NCBI GenBank assembly: GCA_934479825.1
Contig: CAKSOW010000002.1
Location: forward strand, 95,399-159,398
Direction: 5' to 3'
Source of the DNA: an uncultured Eubacteriales bacterium
GTDB taxonomy: Bacteria; Bacillota; Clostridia; Oscillospirales; CAG-382
DNA: 64,000 nt
Made by a program: the position numbers and the translations under genes. Position 1 is the first letter of the stretch, and each line of letters starts with the position of its first letter. The notes below the pieces were generated by a model, which saw nothing but the letters and a program-made list of their open reading frames with translations, ran no database searches and was not told the DNA's origin. Shown piece after piece: positions 24,582-34,972 of this stretch.

Positions 24582-26324
24582 TTAATCTTTCGGATTGCCG
24601 TAAACCGACTCAATACGTTGGATTAGCTCCTCACCGCTCGTTTCTTCCCCGACCGTAAAACGGTAGAGGTCGCAAAGACTTTGAGGGAGCCCCGGAACAA
24701 GCACGTTTCTACCGTCGAAATCGGTGGAAAGCGTAACAGAGTATCCCTCGTCAGCCAAAATTTTTTCGGAAAGCGGCGAATAACTGCCGTGCGGATACGA
24801 AAAGTATCTGACCGGCTCGCCAAGCTCTCTTTCAAAATCTGCGTTGAATCGCTCACAATCGCGTTTTAACGCCTTTGTAAAGGACTGTGCGGTTTCACCG
24901 TCGAGCGGTTCTGCCGCTATCCGCGCTTTTCCGGGCGCTTCCAGCGTATCGCTTTGGTGCATATCATAAGTATGCGATCCGAGTTCAACAAGTCCCGTTT
25001 GGAGCATGTTGCGCGCGGTTTCATAGTCAAAATGCGGAAACATAGGCTTTCCGGTATCTTTATAAACGCTTTTTCCGACCGCCCAACCAATGAAAAAGAC
25101 AGTCGCTTTGGTCTGATATTTTTCAAGAAGCGGCAAAGCAAGCACCGCATTGCTTTCGTAGCCGTCGTCAAACGTGATACAGACCGGTTTTTCGGGAAGC
25201 GGCGTTCCGCGCATGACATATTCTTCCATCTGCTTTAAATGAACCGACGTGTAGCCGGCGTCCTTTAAGGCTTTTAAATGCTCTTCCAACCGGGAAACCG
25301 AGATGACCGAATCGCCGTAACCGGTCTCTTCGGTCACATGGTGATAGAGCACCACCGGAACCTCTTTTTCGGTGTTTTCGGCGTCTGTCGGATGTTCCGG
25401 CGCGCCGGAGGCCAAAACCGTTTCTTGCTTCTCTTTCTGTACGGCATCCAATAATAAACATTTTCCGAAATCCGCAGGCGTATACACGGTAGTATTCCCA
25501 AAAATCCTTGCCAAAACCATTTCGCCAAGCGAAACCCGGAATTCATCGGTATTGTAAAAGAACCGCTTATCGGCGCAGACAGGCGCTTCCGAAAAATCCC
25601 AGCATTCGGCAGAACCGCCGTTTTCTTTCAATTCATCGCGCATTTTTTCGTAGGCTCTGTCAAGCGATTCCGTTCGTTCCGTTTCAAGCACCGGCGAAAG
25701 AACGATTATCAAGCGAATCTTTTTTTCGTCACAGACCCGGATCCATTTCTGTACAAACGAAAACACCTTGTCCGCCGACGCCGCTTTTTCTGACACCGCC
25801 CGGAAACGGCAGCCAAACGTTTTTTCATATACATCCCGGTCGCCGATCCTCTGCACATCCTCAAAGCCGTGCCGCAGAGAGCCGGTCGTGTAATCCGGCG
25901 TTATAAACGCGCTCCAATGGGATTCTGTATAAAAATCACACGCGGAAACCGAAAGCAAAAGTACGGACGGATTTAAGTAAGTCGTGATGAAATCGAAAGT
26001 CTGCTCCGTTTGTTCCGCTTGCTCTTCCCCGTTTGCGGCAAGACAATAAGCGGCCGTGTCAAGATAAGTGCCAAGCGTTTGCACATCGTATCCGTTTGCC
26101 GGAAACGAGCCGAGAAGAAAGGCGGAATATGCCGTCGGATCTCTTGCCAAAAAACGCAAACGCAAATCTTCCGCGATAAGCGGATAGCCGGCAAGGGCTT
26201 CCGCCGCGCTTGGCTTTGGCTCAGGTCTATTCGTTTGTTCGCAAGCCGCTAACAATAGCGTTGGCAGCACAAAAATACACACAAGCACCCGGCGCGCGGT
26301 ATTCAAAAATCTGACAAAAGACAT
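24582..26324 (-). CDS. Lipoprotein with a C-terminal polysaccharide deacetylase (NodB) domain
   Basis: Signal peptide plus lipobox ...LLAAC. NodB motifs ITFDDGYESN and GSHTYDMH. ATG at 26324 has an AAAGGAA RBS. Confidence 0.8.
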   Translation of the reverse strand: MSFVRFLNTARRVLVCIFVLPTLLLAACEQTNRPEPKPSAAEALAGYPLIAEDLRLRFLARDPTAYSAFLLGSFPANGYDVQTLGTYLDTAAYCLAANGEEQAEQTEQTFDFITTYLNPSVLLLSVSACDFYTESHWSAFITPDYTTGSLRHGFEDVQRIGDRDVYEKTFGCRFRAVSEKAASADKVFSFVQKWIRVCDEKKIRLIIVLSPVLETERTESLDRAYEKMRDELKENGGSAECWDFSEAPVCADKRFFYNTDEFRVSLGEMVLARIFGNTTVYTPADFGKCLLLDAVQKEKQETVLASGAPEHPTDAENTEKEVPVVLYHHVTEETGYGDSVISVSRLEEHLKALKDAGYTSVHLKQMEEYVMRGTPLPEKPVCITFDDGYESNAVLALPLLEKYQTKATVFFIGWAVGKSVYKDTGKPMFPHFDYETARNMLQTGLVELGSHTYDMHQSDTLEAPGKARIAAEPLDGETAQSFTKALKRDCERFNADFERELGEPVRYFSYPHGSYSPLSEKILADEGYSVTLSTDFDGRNVLVPGLPQSLCDLYRFTVGEETSGEELIQRIESVYGNPKD

Positions 26325-26370
26325 AGCTGTTCCTTTACCGGGTTTCCCCCCGAATCTTTGTATTATATTG

Positions 26371-26399
26371 ATTATACCTGCAAAATCCGTTTTTGTCAA
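26371..26399 (-). promoter_or_regulatory. Consensus SigA promoter of the deacetylase gene
   Basis: Minus strand: TTGACA (26394-26399), a 17-nt spacer, then TATAAT (26371-26376). Confidence 0.75.
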
Positions 26400-26654
26400 G
26401 GAAAAAGCCGCTTTTTTACAAATCAGCTGACTTTTTAAATTATCCGCATTATTTTGGTAAAAGTATAGCTTTTTATGGAAAAATGTGGTATACTATGTGC
26501 ATATCTCAAAAATTCGCGGCACTGGCCTGCGGATTTTTCGGATTTTCATTGGATTCGGGTCTCACCCGAAAAGCTGCAAAGACTTTTTCAACAGTTTTAA
26601 ACTAAATTTTTACGGTCAAAAATTTCAGAAAACATCAGAAAGGCGGCGATCCGC

Positions 26655-27665
26655 ATGAACCAAAACAGCGAATGGTGGAAAAACGCAGGCGAAGAACCGA
26701 TGAAAAAAGGACAGAAGTTTATAAAAGGCTTCAAGAAATTCTTTTTTCCGGCTCTTTTGGCTGTTATCCTTCTGGCGCTCGTATTCACCTCACTCTACAC
26801 CGTCGGCGACAAGGGGCAAGCCGTTGTCACCACGTTCGGCAAGGTCACGTCTGTGGCCGATCCGGGCATTCACATCAAAATTCCTTTCGGCATTCAGCAT
26901 GCCACCTATGTCAACGTCAATGAATTGCAGAAGATTGAGATCGGTTTTCGCACCGGTTACACCAACGACGACACGGAAACCATTGACAGCGAAAGCAAAA
27001 TGATCAGCGGCGACTACAATATCGTCAACTGCGATTTCTTTGTGGAATACAAGATTTCCGACCCGGTCAAGTATCTGTACAATTCGGCCGATCCGCGCGA
27101 AATTCTGAAAAGCCTTGCGCAAAGCCACATCCGCAACGTCATCAGTTCCTATGACGTTGACAGCATTCTCACCACCGGAAAGGGCGAAATTCAGGCAAAG
27201 ATCAAAGAAGCCATAACCGAAGAGCTTGCGGCCTACGATCTCGGTCTTTCCTTAACCGACATCAAATTGCAGGACAGCGAACCGCCGACGCTGGAAGTCA
27301 GGGAGGCCTTTAAGGAAGTTGAAACGGCAAAGCAGGACAAGGACACCGCAATCAATGTGGCGCGCGCCTATGAAAACAGCGAACTTCCGCTTGCCCAGGC
27401 CGAGGCCGATAAGTTGATCCAGAATGCCGAATACCTCAAACAGGATCGCATCAACGAAGCCAATATGCAGGTCGCTATGTTCAACGCCATGTACGAACAG
27501 TATAAGCTGAACCCCGAAATTACGCGCAAACGCATGTTTTACGAGGCCGTCGAGCAGGTCATGCCCAACGCCAAGGTCTATATCGACACTTCGGACGGTT
27601 CAACACAGAAATTACTCCCCATTGACAGCTTTTCGGCGAATTCCGCGGAGGTGAACGGCAAATGA
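26655..27665 (+). CDS. hflK: SPFH/band-7 protein HflK
   Basis: N-terminal TM helix plus an SPFH domain. The C-terminal coiled-coil region includes REAFKEVETAKQDK. It is translationally coupled to hflC. Confidence 0.85.
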   Translation: MNQNSEWWKNAGEEPMKKGQKFIKGFKKFFFPALLAVILLALVFTSLYTVGDKGQAVVTTFGKVTSVADPGIHIKIPFGIQHATYVNVNELQKIEIGFRTGYTNDDTETIDSESKMISGDYNIVNCDFFVEYKISDPVKYLYNSADPREILKSLAQSHIRNVISSYDVDSILTTGKGEIQAKIKEAITEELAAYDLGLSLTDIKLQDSEPPTLEVREAFKEVETAKQDKDTAINVARAYENSELPLAQAEADKLIQNAEYLKQDRINEANMQVAMFNAMYEQYKLNPEITRKRMFYEAVEQVMPNAKVYIDTSDGSTQKLLPIDSFSANSAEVNGK

Positions 27666-28552
27666 AAACGAAGAACAAAAAGAACATTCTGACAACGCTT
27701 GTGATCTTTCTTGTTATTGCAGTGTTTCTTGTACTGTCAGAATGCTTTTACACAGTCGGCGAAGATGAATTTGTCAATGTCATCCGCTTTGAAAAAACCG
27801 TACAGACCGTTTCCGGTGCCGGATTACATTTCAAGCTGCCGTTTACCGATTCGGTGCGCCGTTTCCCGAAAAAAGTGCTGCTTTATGATATGAAACCGAG
27901 TGAAGTGCTCACGGCAGACAGCAAGACCATGCAGGTAGACAACTATGTTTTATGGCGCATTACCGATCCGCTCAAATTCTACAAAACGCTCGGTTCCAAG
28001 AGTGAAGCGGAAACGCGTATCGATATGCTCACATACAGCGCCATCAAGACCGAAATGGGCAAATCCCTGCGCGACGATATCATCAACCAAGACGATATGA
28101 GCCGCGAACTTTTCAACAACAACATTCTTGCCGCCGCAACCGGTGCAACCGACGATTACGGAATTGAGATCATCGATATCAAGATCAAAAAGCTTGACCT
28201 GCCAAGCGACAACGAAGAAGCCGTTTACCGCCGCATGATCTCCGAAAGAAGCAAAATTGCGGAGCAATACCGCGCCGACGGCAACAAAGAAGCCGAAATG
28301 ATACGCAACGAAGTCGATAAGCAGAAAAACATTCTCATTTCGGATGCCAAGGCGCGTGCCGAACAGATAAAAGCCGAGGGAGAAGCCGAATACATGCGCA
28401 TTCTGGCAGACGCCTACAACACCCCGGAAAAGCAGAACTTTTACAATTTTACACGTGCGCTTGACGCGGTCAAGGTCTCCCTTGACGGCGAGGACGTCAC
28501 CATTATTCTCGGAAAGGATTCCGCACTTGCGGACGCTTTGCTTCGTCCGTAA
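27662..28552 (+). CDS. hflC: SPFH/band-7 protein HflC
   Basis: TM helix plus SPFH domain. It has an ATGA overlap with hflK. Confidence 0.85.
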   Translation: MKTKNKKNILTTLVIFLVIAVFLVLSECFYTVGEDEFVNVIRFEKTVQTVSGAGLHFKLPFTDSVRRFPKKVLLYDMKPSEVLTADSKTMQVDNYVLWRITDPLKFYKTLGSKSEAETRIDMLTYSAIKTEMGKSLRDDIINQDDMSRELFNNNILAAATGATDDYGIEIIDIKIKKLDLPSDNEEAVYRRMISERSKIAEQYRADGNKEAEMIRNEVDKQKNILISDAKARAEQIKAEGEAEYMRILADAYNTPEKQNFYNFTRALDAVKVSLDGEDVTIILGKDSALADALLRP

Positions 28553-28574
28553 GGCGAGAAGCGCGTAAGGCATC

Positions 28575-29237
28575 ATGTCATTCTTTGACTTTTTCACAGC
28601 GGCAAAATCCGAAAAAAACGATAAGGAAAAAAAGGAAAATTCCGCCTCTCTCGCCGAACTTGTCTGCAAGACCTTTGCCGACCCGCCGGTCTTGGAGACC
28701 GAACGGCTGCGTTTATGCAAAATTGTTCCGGAGCACGCCGCCGACATGTTTGAATATTCCGGCGACGCTGAGGTCACGCGGTATCTCACCTGGTCGCCCC
28801 ACTCCTCCGCCAAGGAAACCGAGCGGTATATCCGTATCCTGCAAAAGAAATATGCGGACGGCTCGTTCAACGACTGGGGTGTCGTTTTAAAGGAAACCGG
28901 AAAATTCATCGGCACCTGCGGCTACACCTCGTTCGATTACGAACACAACACCGCCGAGGTCGGATATGTGCTCGGAAAGCCCTATTGGGGGCAAGGTTTT
29001 GCACCGGAGGCTGTCCGGCGCGTCATGCGGTACGGTTTTGAAGTTTTGGGACTTGACGGTTTTACCGCCAAATACATGGAGGGAAACGATGCGTCCGGCA
29101 GAGTCATGCAAAAATGCGGCATGACGCTCGACGGCGTGTATCGGCACAGCATGTACATCAAAGGCGAATTTAAAAACATTGTGGTCTATCATGTAACAAA
29201 AGAGCAGTTTTATGCGGCTCCCGAAAGGAATGCGTAA
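28575..29237 (+). CDS. GNAT-family N-acetyltransferase (RimJ/RimL-like)
   Basis: LETERLRLCKIVPEHAADMFEY ... GYVLGKPYWGQGFAPEAV is the typical RimJ/L pattern. Confidence 0.8.
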   Translation: MSFFDFFTAAKSEKNDKEKKENSASLAELVCKTFADPPVLETERLRLCKIVPEHAADMFEYSGDAEVTRYLTWSPHSSAKETERYIRILQKKYADGSFNDWGVVLKETGKFIGTCGYTSFDYEHNTAEVGYVLGKPYWGQGFAPEAVRRVMRYGFEVLGLDGFTAKYMEGNDASGRVMQKCGMTLDGVYRHSMYIKGEFKNIVVYHVTKEQFYAAPERNA

Positions 29238-29239
29238 AT

Positions 29240-30256
29240 ATGCAAAAAATCCCCTTTGAAACGCTGCAAGGGCTTACCTTCGGCACTTCTTACACCAAAA
29301 TCACAGACGGTTTGCTGTATTTCTCCCGTTTTTCAGAAAACGAACGGAATAACGCGCAGCTGAATGAGTATTATGAAATCAAAATTCTGAGCACCGCCGG
29401 CGTTCGGCTTGAGTTTATCACGGACAGCCGCACGCTTGAACTCGAAACCGCGGTTCAGACGGAAAACCGGCACAGCCGCACATTTTATGCGTTCGATATC
29501 GTCTGTGACGGAAGGCTTATCGGTCAGATCAAGAATTTTACCGAGCCGCCGGTCTACCCTTATGGCAATTACGACTTAGATGACCGAAAAGGCGTTTTTG
29601 CCTTGCCGGCCGGAAACAAACGCATCTGCATTTACTTTCCGTGGTCGGCTGCCGGAAGAATCCGTTCACTATCAATAGAGGACGGCGCCGTCCTCCGGCC
29701 TGTCACAAAAAAATTGAAGCTCCTGCAATATGGCGATTCCATTACACAAGGCTATGACGCGTTATGCCCGTCGTGCTCCTATGCCTCGCGCATTGCCGCC
29801 CGGTTGGACGCAGACGCGGTAAACAAAGGCATCGGCGGCTCGCTGTTCCTGCCGGAGCTTGTAAAAGACAAAACGGACTTTCAGCCGGACCTTATCACCG
29901 TTGCCTACGGCACAAACGATTGGAACGCCGCCGGAAACTTTGACGACTTCAAACGGCGCTGCAACGCATTTTTCGCCCGGCTTGCCGCACATTACCCCGA
30001 AACGCCGATTGCTGCGATTTCCCCTATCTGGCGCGCCGACTGCAAGGAAAGCCGTGCGCTCGGCCCGTTTGATACCGTTGCAAAAAACATCCGGGAAACA
30101 GCTGATAAGTATGAAAACATCTTTTTTATCGACGGATTTAATTTTGTGCCGCACGAGACAAAGTATTTCCGGGACGCCTATCTGCATCCGAACGACGAGG
30201 GCTTTTCGTTCTATGCAGACGCTTTGATAAAGCAATTGGAAAAAATACTGAAATAA
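29240..30256 (+). CDS. SGNH/GDSL-family hydrolase with an N-terminal beta-rich domain
   Basis: Block I LLQYGDSITQGY, block III GTNDW and block V YLHPNDEG. Confidence 0.75.
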   Translation: MQKIPFETLQGLTFGTSYTKITDGLLYFSRFSENERNNAQLNEYYEIKILSTAGVRLEFITDSRTLELETAVQTENRHSRTFYAFDIVCDGRLIGQIKNFTEPPVYPYGNYDLDDRKGVFALPAGNKRICIYFPWSAAGRIRSLSIEDGAVLRPVTKKLKLLQYGDSITQGYDALCPSCSYASRIAARLDADAVNKGIGGSLFLPELVKDKTDFQPDLITVAYGTNDWNAAGNFDDFKRRCNAFFARLAAHYPETPIAAISPIWRADCKESRALGPFDTVAKNIRETADKYENIFFIDGFNFVPHETKYFRDAYLHPNDEGFSFYADALIKQLEKILK

Positions 30257-30260
30257 GAGC

Positions 30261-30290
30261 AAGAGAGCCGTCGCATCTGCGACGGCTCTC
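30261..30290. terminator. 13-bp stem hairpin between convergent genes
   Basis: AGAGAGCCGTCGC-ATCT-GCGACGGCTCTCT, with weak U-tracts on both sides. Confidence 0.65.
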
Positions 30291-30316
30291 TGAGTGTTTA
30301 ATTGTAACAATTAAAT

Positions 30317-32044
30317 TTAATAGGAAGTATTGTTATCGATATGGTATTGATATTCTTCAACCAACTGCCAGAATTCTTCTTCGGAATACCATGCGGCATA
30401 GTCCTCGTAATCATCGTAATCGATCGCATAAAGCTTTTTGACGCGCGGATCGTCCGATTCATCATACAGTGCCACACCGATAGCCTTATTGAAATCATTC
30501 GCTAATCTCTGTGCGTTTAAGGTCACACGTGCGATAAGCGCATACACCTCATCTTCGGAAAGATTGAGGAGGTTTTTGTAGTTGTTCGGCGCTTTGACCG
30601 GTTCGGCGGCCGTATAGCTGAACGAAAGGCCGAGCGGCTGAACATGCTCTCTCTCCGCACGGAGAACAACGGATTCCGTTTCCGATAACGGCAGGAGTAT
30701 AGCAGGCTCATGAACCGAAAGCGAATCAAGCGAGACGGCAAAGGAAGTTTCCGACACAGCCAACCCACCGGCAAACTGATATACGGTTTCGGGCAGTTTG
30801 TTATCCCCTTGCGAAATACCGTCTTTCACGGTCAGGGTATAGGCTTTATTCGCCTCGTCCCAGTCGAATGTGGCGGTGATGTTACGCGTGACGGTGAGAT
30901 AGCTTTGTTTCAGATAAGCTTCCCAAACGGCGTGTTTATACGCGGCATTGACGCTCAATCCCAGATCAAACACCAAAGGTTCGGCCGTTTCCGCACCTAT
31001 CGGGAGAATTTCCACACGAATCTTGTAGCCGTCGGCAAAGTCACCCTCCATTTTCACCTGATAGGTACCTTCGCCGTCTCCTTTCAGATCAAGCGCCATA
31101 TTGGCTGTAAAGCCGGCCATATTCAGTTTTTCGCGGTCAAGATAGTACGTAATATCCGTATTCTCAAAAATCTTTTCCGCCACATTTAAAGCTTTTTGGA
31201 GGTCTTCTTCATTCAAAGCTTCCGACTCTCCGGCAAGAGCGGCAAAACGCTCCAATACCGTCGTATACTCTTTGAACTGCTTTTCAAGAACCTCTTTGAA
31301 CTCCGGTGTAGCCAAATTGAGTTTTGCGGCGTAGACTGCGGTTTCCTTAAAGCTTTCTTCGGTCACCGATGCTTTGGCACACATAGCCTTTCCCAAGTTC
31401 TCCGCACCGGATACATAATTTTTATAAGAAACAAATAAGCTGTTCCACTTCTGTGCAAACTCCGGCGAAATGAACTTCTGCCATACCTCCGACTGCTTGA
31501 CAGCTTCGATATCTTTATCGGTCACGCCAAGCGCTTTGGCAAAGTTGGAAGATGCAAATTTATCCAACATTTTTTCCGGCGTATCCCATTCGACGGCATA
31601 CGTGTTGCTGCCGAAAAGCTCGTTGCAGTTCACAGCAAGCATTTTCGTATCGAGATACAGGCTTGCATAGAACGGCGCGCGGTTCGGGAGCGTTGCCGTG
31701 ATATCGGCGGCATAACGTTTGGAAACCGTGTCGTAATGCAAAGAAATGTCTGCTTTGGCATTTGTGCCGAAGGATGCAAGGTCAACCGAAAAAGTGATCT
31801 TTCCGATATCCGAAAAGCCCTCAAAGCCGGCAAGCGACGAATTCTCCGGCAACAGTTCCGGTATTTTGGCATTTTCGAGATAGGTGAGAATGTCTCCGGC
31901 CATTTTTTCGATGGTAAGTGCGGCGCTGTGATTGGTTGTACGCGGCTTTGCGGCCATAACCGGGACGACCGTCGCGCAGACAAGCAGACTGACACAAAGA
32001 ATCAAACTGATTGTTTTCGCAAAAAGATGTTTGAATGTCCTCAT
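30317..32044 (-). CDS. Secreted hypothetical protein (575 aa) with an acidic aromatic C-terminal tail
   Basis: Signal peptide MRTFKHLFAKTISLILCVSLLVCATVVPVMAAKP. ATG at 32044 lies 9 nt after AAGGAGG. I recognise no domain. Confidence 0.7.
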   Translation of the reverse strand: MRTFKHLFAKTISLILCVSLLVCATVVPVMAAKPRTTNHSAALTIEKMAGDILTYLENAKIPELLPENSSLAGFEGFSDIGKITFSVDLASFGTNAKADISLHYDTVSKRYAADITATLPNRAPFYASLYLDTKMLAVNCNELFGSNTYAVEWDTPEKMLDKFASSNFAKALGVTDKDIEAVKQSEVWQKFISPEFAQKWNSLFVSYKNYVSGAENLGKAMCAKASVTEESFKETAVYAAKLNLATPEFKEVLEKQFKEYTTVLERFAALAGESEALNEEDLQKALNVAEKIFENTDITYYLDREKLNMAGFTANMALDLKGDGEGTYQVKMEGDFADGYKIRVEILPIGAETAEPLVFDLGLSVNAAYKHAVWEAYLKQSYLTVTRNITATFDWDEANKAYTLTVKDGISQGDNKLPETVYQFAGGLAVSETSFAVSLDSLSVHEPAILLPLSETESVVLRAEREHVQPLGLSFSYTAAEPVKAPNNYKNLLNLSEDEVYALIARVTLNAQRLANDFNKAIGVALYDESDDPRVKKLYAIDYDDYEDYAAWYSEEEFWQLVEEYQYHIDNNTSY

Positions 32045-32162
32045 AACAAGTGCCTCCTTCATACATGTAAAATTCTGTGTGTAACCGTGTTCAAAGCGCG
32101 GATCTGCGGGAAACGGCGCTATACGCCAAAATCAGCACTGTTTGAAGTTTGTTCCGGATATT

Positions 32163-32216
32163 CCGAAAAACAATACGGTTTACCTAAATTATAACAGGCA
32201 AACCGTATTTTGTCAA
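32163..32216 (-). promoter_or_regulatory. SigA promoter nested in a terminator hairpin
   Basis: Minus strand: TTGACA (32211-32216), a 17-nt spacer, then TATAAT (32188-32193). A 10-bp inverted repeat AATACGGTTT/AAACCGTATT (32172-32181 / 32200-32209) brackets the -10 box and is followed by GUUUUUC on the minus strand. Confidence 0.65.
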
Positions 32217-32233
32217 GATTTGTACAAGATAAG

Positions 32234-34516
32234 CTATTCTTTGTCGAGATATTTTTTCATAAAATCAAGAACCGGCCGAACGGCGCAAGGAGGCTGTCCG
32301 TCCACTTTCACAAACAGCAAATACACGTTTTTATCGTGTTTTTCCTGTGCGTCGAGCGTACACTCGACCGTAAAATGCGCGCCGAGATCTTTGACCGGCC
32401 ATTCAAAGGCAAGCGCCTTGACCGTTCTGTCCGAAAGCGTCTGCACATCCGTCTGAAAAGCTTTGACTTGGTTTTCGTTTGCGTCCAAGATCCGCACGTG
32501 AATCGCTGCCTTGCCGCAAGGATCGTTACCGCTGTCAAGAACATGGATCTCAGCGTGCAGGATATCGTCTTTTTCGTATACAAACCGGTCGTGTTTCAGC
32601 GAAATGTGGAACGTTTGATAGGCGTCGCGCACGAAATAGTACGCAAATTTCGGATCTCCGTAATAATCCACCAGATTGGTACAGGATACGTTCGGCCACG
32701 GTTCGTCAAATTGCCAGATGTTTAATCCGGCGGTTTTCGGATAGCGGCGCATCTGGCACTCAATTGCATACCGCAATCCCTCCGTCTGCATATACTGGCT
32801 GACCGAAACGAAAGTTTCCAAGTCGTCTATATCGCCAAACAACGGCCGGTCACGGTAGTTATACGTGTCCCACATCTGTCCGTGATGCGCCCAGGTATGG
32901 TTCTCTTCCATGGTGGTGCGTATCCGGTTTTCCGGCGCGAAAATCTTTTTCAAGGCACTCATGTTGTTCATGCCGTCGTTGCCGAATTCACCCAACAGCA
33001 GGCATTCTTGATCGTTTAAATACCCATAGTCCGGACCGCAGTATTTCCAAGGGCCGTGGACATCATGGTTGTTTTTCACACCGCTTCCGTCATACCAGCA
33101 ATTCGGGCCGGAAGCCGTTGACGGAAGAAACAGTCTGTCGCCGTCGAGCTTATCCGCCAATTCTTTCAACAACGCAATATTTTTATGCTTCATATCGACC
33201 GGAACAACTTTTCCGATCGCCATAAGCTCGTTTCCGCCGCACCAGATAACAAGGCTCGGATGATTCCGTTTGGCAACGATTGCCGACGACGAGGTTTTTG
33301 CCAAAAGTTCCAAAAAGTGCTCGTCGCTTGACGCCGTGTTCTCAATTCCCGATGAAGATTGGATAAAGTCCTGCCACACTAAAATACCAAGCCGGTCGCA
33401 GAGATCATAAAAGATCTCGCTTTCGATAACACCGCCGCCCCAGACACGTATCAAGGTCACATTGGCCTTGCGTGCAAGCGTCAGAAGTGTTTCGTACCGT
33501 TTTTCGCTCACTGCGCCATACATATGATCCGGCGGCGTAAAGTTTACGCCTTTTACCGGAATCGGAACATTGTTGACGAAAATGCGGTACGGCAAAAAAT
33601 TCTCCGGTGCGTCCTCGCATGGCTCAAAACGAAGGGTGCGTAGCCCGACCCGATACGTCTTGCAGTCAGTCTGTTTCCCGTTTCCCGAAAGGCGCACCGT
33701 CAGGTCATACAGCGGCTGTTCGCCATAACCGTTCGGATACCATAGTTTTGGCTCTTTCACCGGAATACACGCCGAAACCTGTGTTTCGCCCTCGCAAAGC
33801 TTTACAGTCTGACGCGAAACAAGCGTGTTTCGGTAATGAAGCGTCACTTCGGCGTCGCAAGCCCCTTTTCCGTCCTGCTAAGCAATATCCGCAAGCACGT
33901 TTCCGTCCTGATAGCGGATATGCGTATCGGTAATATGAGCGCCGTCAAACACTTCTAAATAAACGTCTCCGTATAGTCCGAGATTGACAAGCCGCGTGCT
34001 GAAATCCCATTTATAGCCGAACCTCGCCTTTTGTGTGGTTGTTTTGGAGGTATAGCCGATCTGGCCATACTCATCCGGCGCCTGTTCGATGACGACGCGC
34101 AAGTCGTTCGGCTTTCCAAAAACAACCGTATCGGAAATATCTGATTTGCAGGGGACAAACATCCCGGTATGAAGCGCGACTTTCTTTTCGTTCACAAAGA
34201 TGTGCCCGGTATAGTCAATCCCTTCAAAAACAAGGACTATTTTTTTGCCTTTGTGTTCTTCCGGAACGATAAACTTCGTTTTGTACACCCAGAACCGGTT
34301 TTCCACCCATTCGGCTTTAATCGAATTCATTTCGTAGTACGGGTCTTCGATCAGCCCGGCAGCCAGCAGATCGTTCTGCACACTGCCGGGGACTTTTGCG
34401 TCGATCCAGGGCGTTTGCGGAATCAGCGTCATTCCCGTTTCCATGGATTCGCTTTGCAAAGGTGCATACGGCCAATAGCCGGCCAATTTCCAGTCAGTCA
34501 ATTGTTCAATTTTCAT
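32234..34516 (-). pseudogene. GH2-family glycoside hydrolase (beta-mannosidase/exo-glucosaminidase-like) interrupted by one in-frame TAG at 33878-33880
   Basis: Track ORFs 33878..34594 and 32234..33847 are in the same frame. Reading through gives ...GNVLADIA*QDGKGACDAEVTLHYRN..., a continuous GH2 architecture of sugar-binding, Ig-like and TIM-barrel domains with ..IRVWGGG..ILVWQDF... ATG at 34516 follows GGGGAGAA. Confidence 0.75.
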
Positions 34517-34608
34517 ATGTTTCTCCCCACGTCCTGCCTTTTGCGCATAGCATATCATACAAAAACGCGCAAATTGTGAACTATCGGGAAACATATATCA
34601 AACAAACG

Positions 34609-34962
34609 TTATTTACGATGACTTTTTACAAGGAGCGCCGCAATAAGCGAAAACAGCATAACCGCTGTGATACCGGCCGCCGCTCCCGTTAAACCGCCGC
34701 AAAGGATGCCGAACGCGCCCTTTTCGTCCACAGCTTTTTCTACGCCCTTGATAAGCGAATAGCCAAAGCCCGTTAACGGTACGCTCGCACCGGCGCCTGC
34801 AAATTTGACAAGCGGTTCATAGACGCCGACGGCCGTCAAAATGGCGCCGCTGACGACATAACCGACCAAAATGCGCGCCGGCGTCAACTTTGTTTTATCA
34901 ATTAAAATCTGCGCAATGGCGCACAGTGCGCCGCCAACCAAGAATACCCGCAAATAAATCAT
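34609..34962 (-). CDS. spoVAE: Stage V sporulation protein AE (SpoVAEB-type)
   Basis: 117 aa. MIYLRVFLVGGALCAIAQILID...VPLTGFGYSLIKG is the typical SpoVAE membrane protein. RBS GAGGAGAA. Confidence 0.85.
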   Translation of the reverse strand: MIYLRVFLVGGALCAIAQILIDKTKLTPARILVGYVVSGAILTAVGVYEPLVKFAGAGASVPLTGFGYSLIKGVEKAVDEKGAFGILCGGLTGAAAGITAVMLFSLIAALLVKSHRK

Positions 34963-34972
34963 ATTTTTCTCC

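Noticed and set aside
26393-26605. A 70-aa plus-strand ORF in the hflK upstream region.
   Set aside because: It has a TTG start inside the divergent promoter and no SD. It overlaps the predicted hflK promoter (TGgTATACT) and leader.
33878-33880. The in-frame TAG in the GH2 gene as pyrrolysine or a reassigned codon.
   Set aside because: TAG terminates at least one well-defined gene in the same window (eutN at 1299). No pyl genes are visible, and GH2 enzymes are not known Pyl proteins. A nonsense mutation or sequencing error is far more likely.
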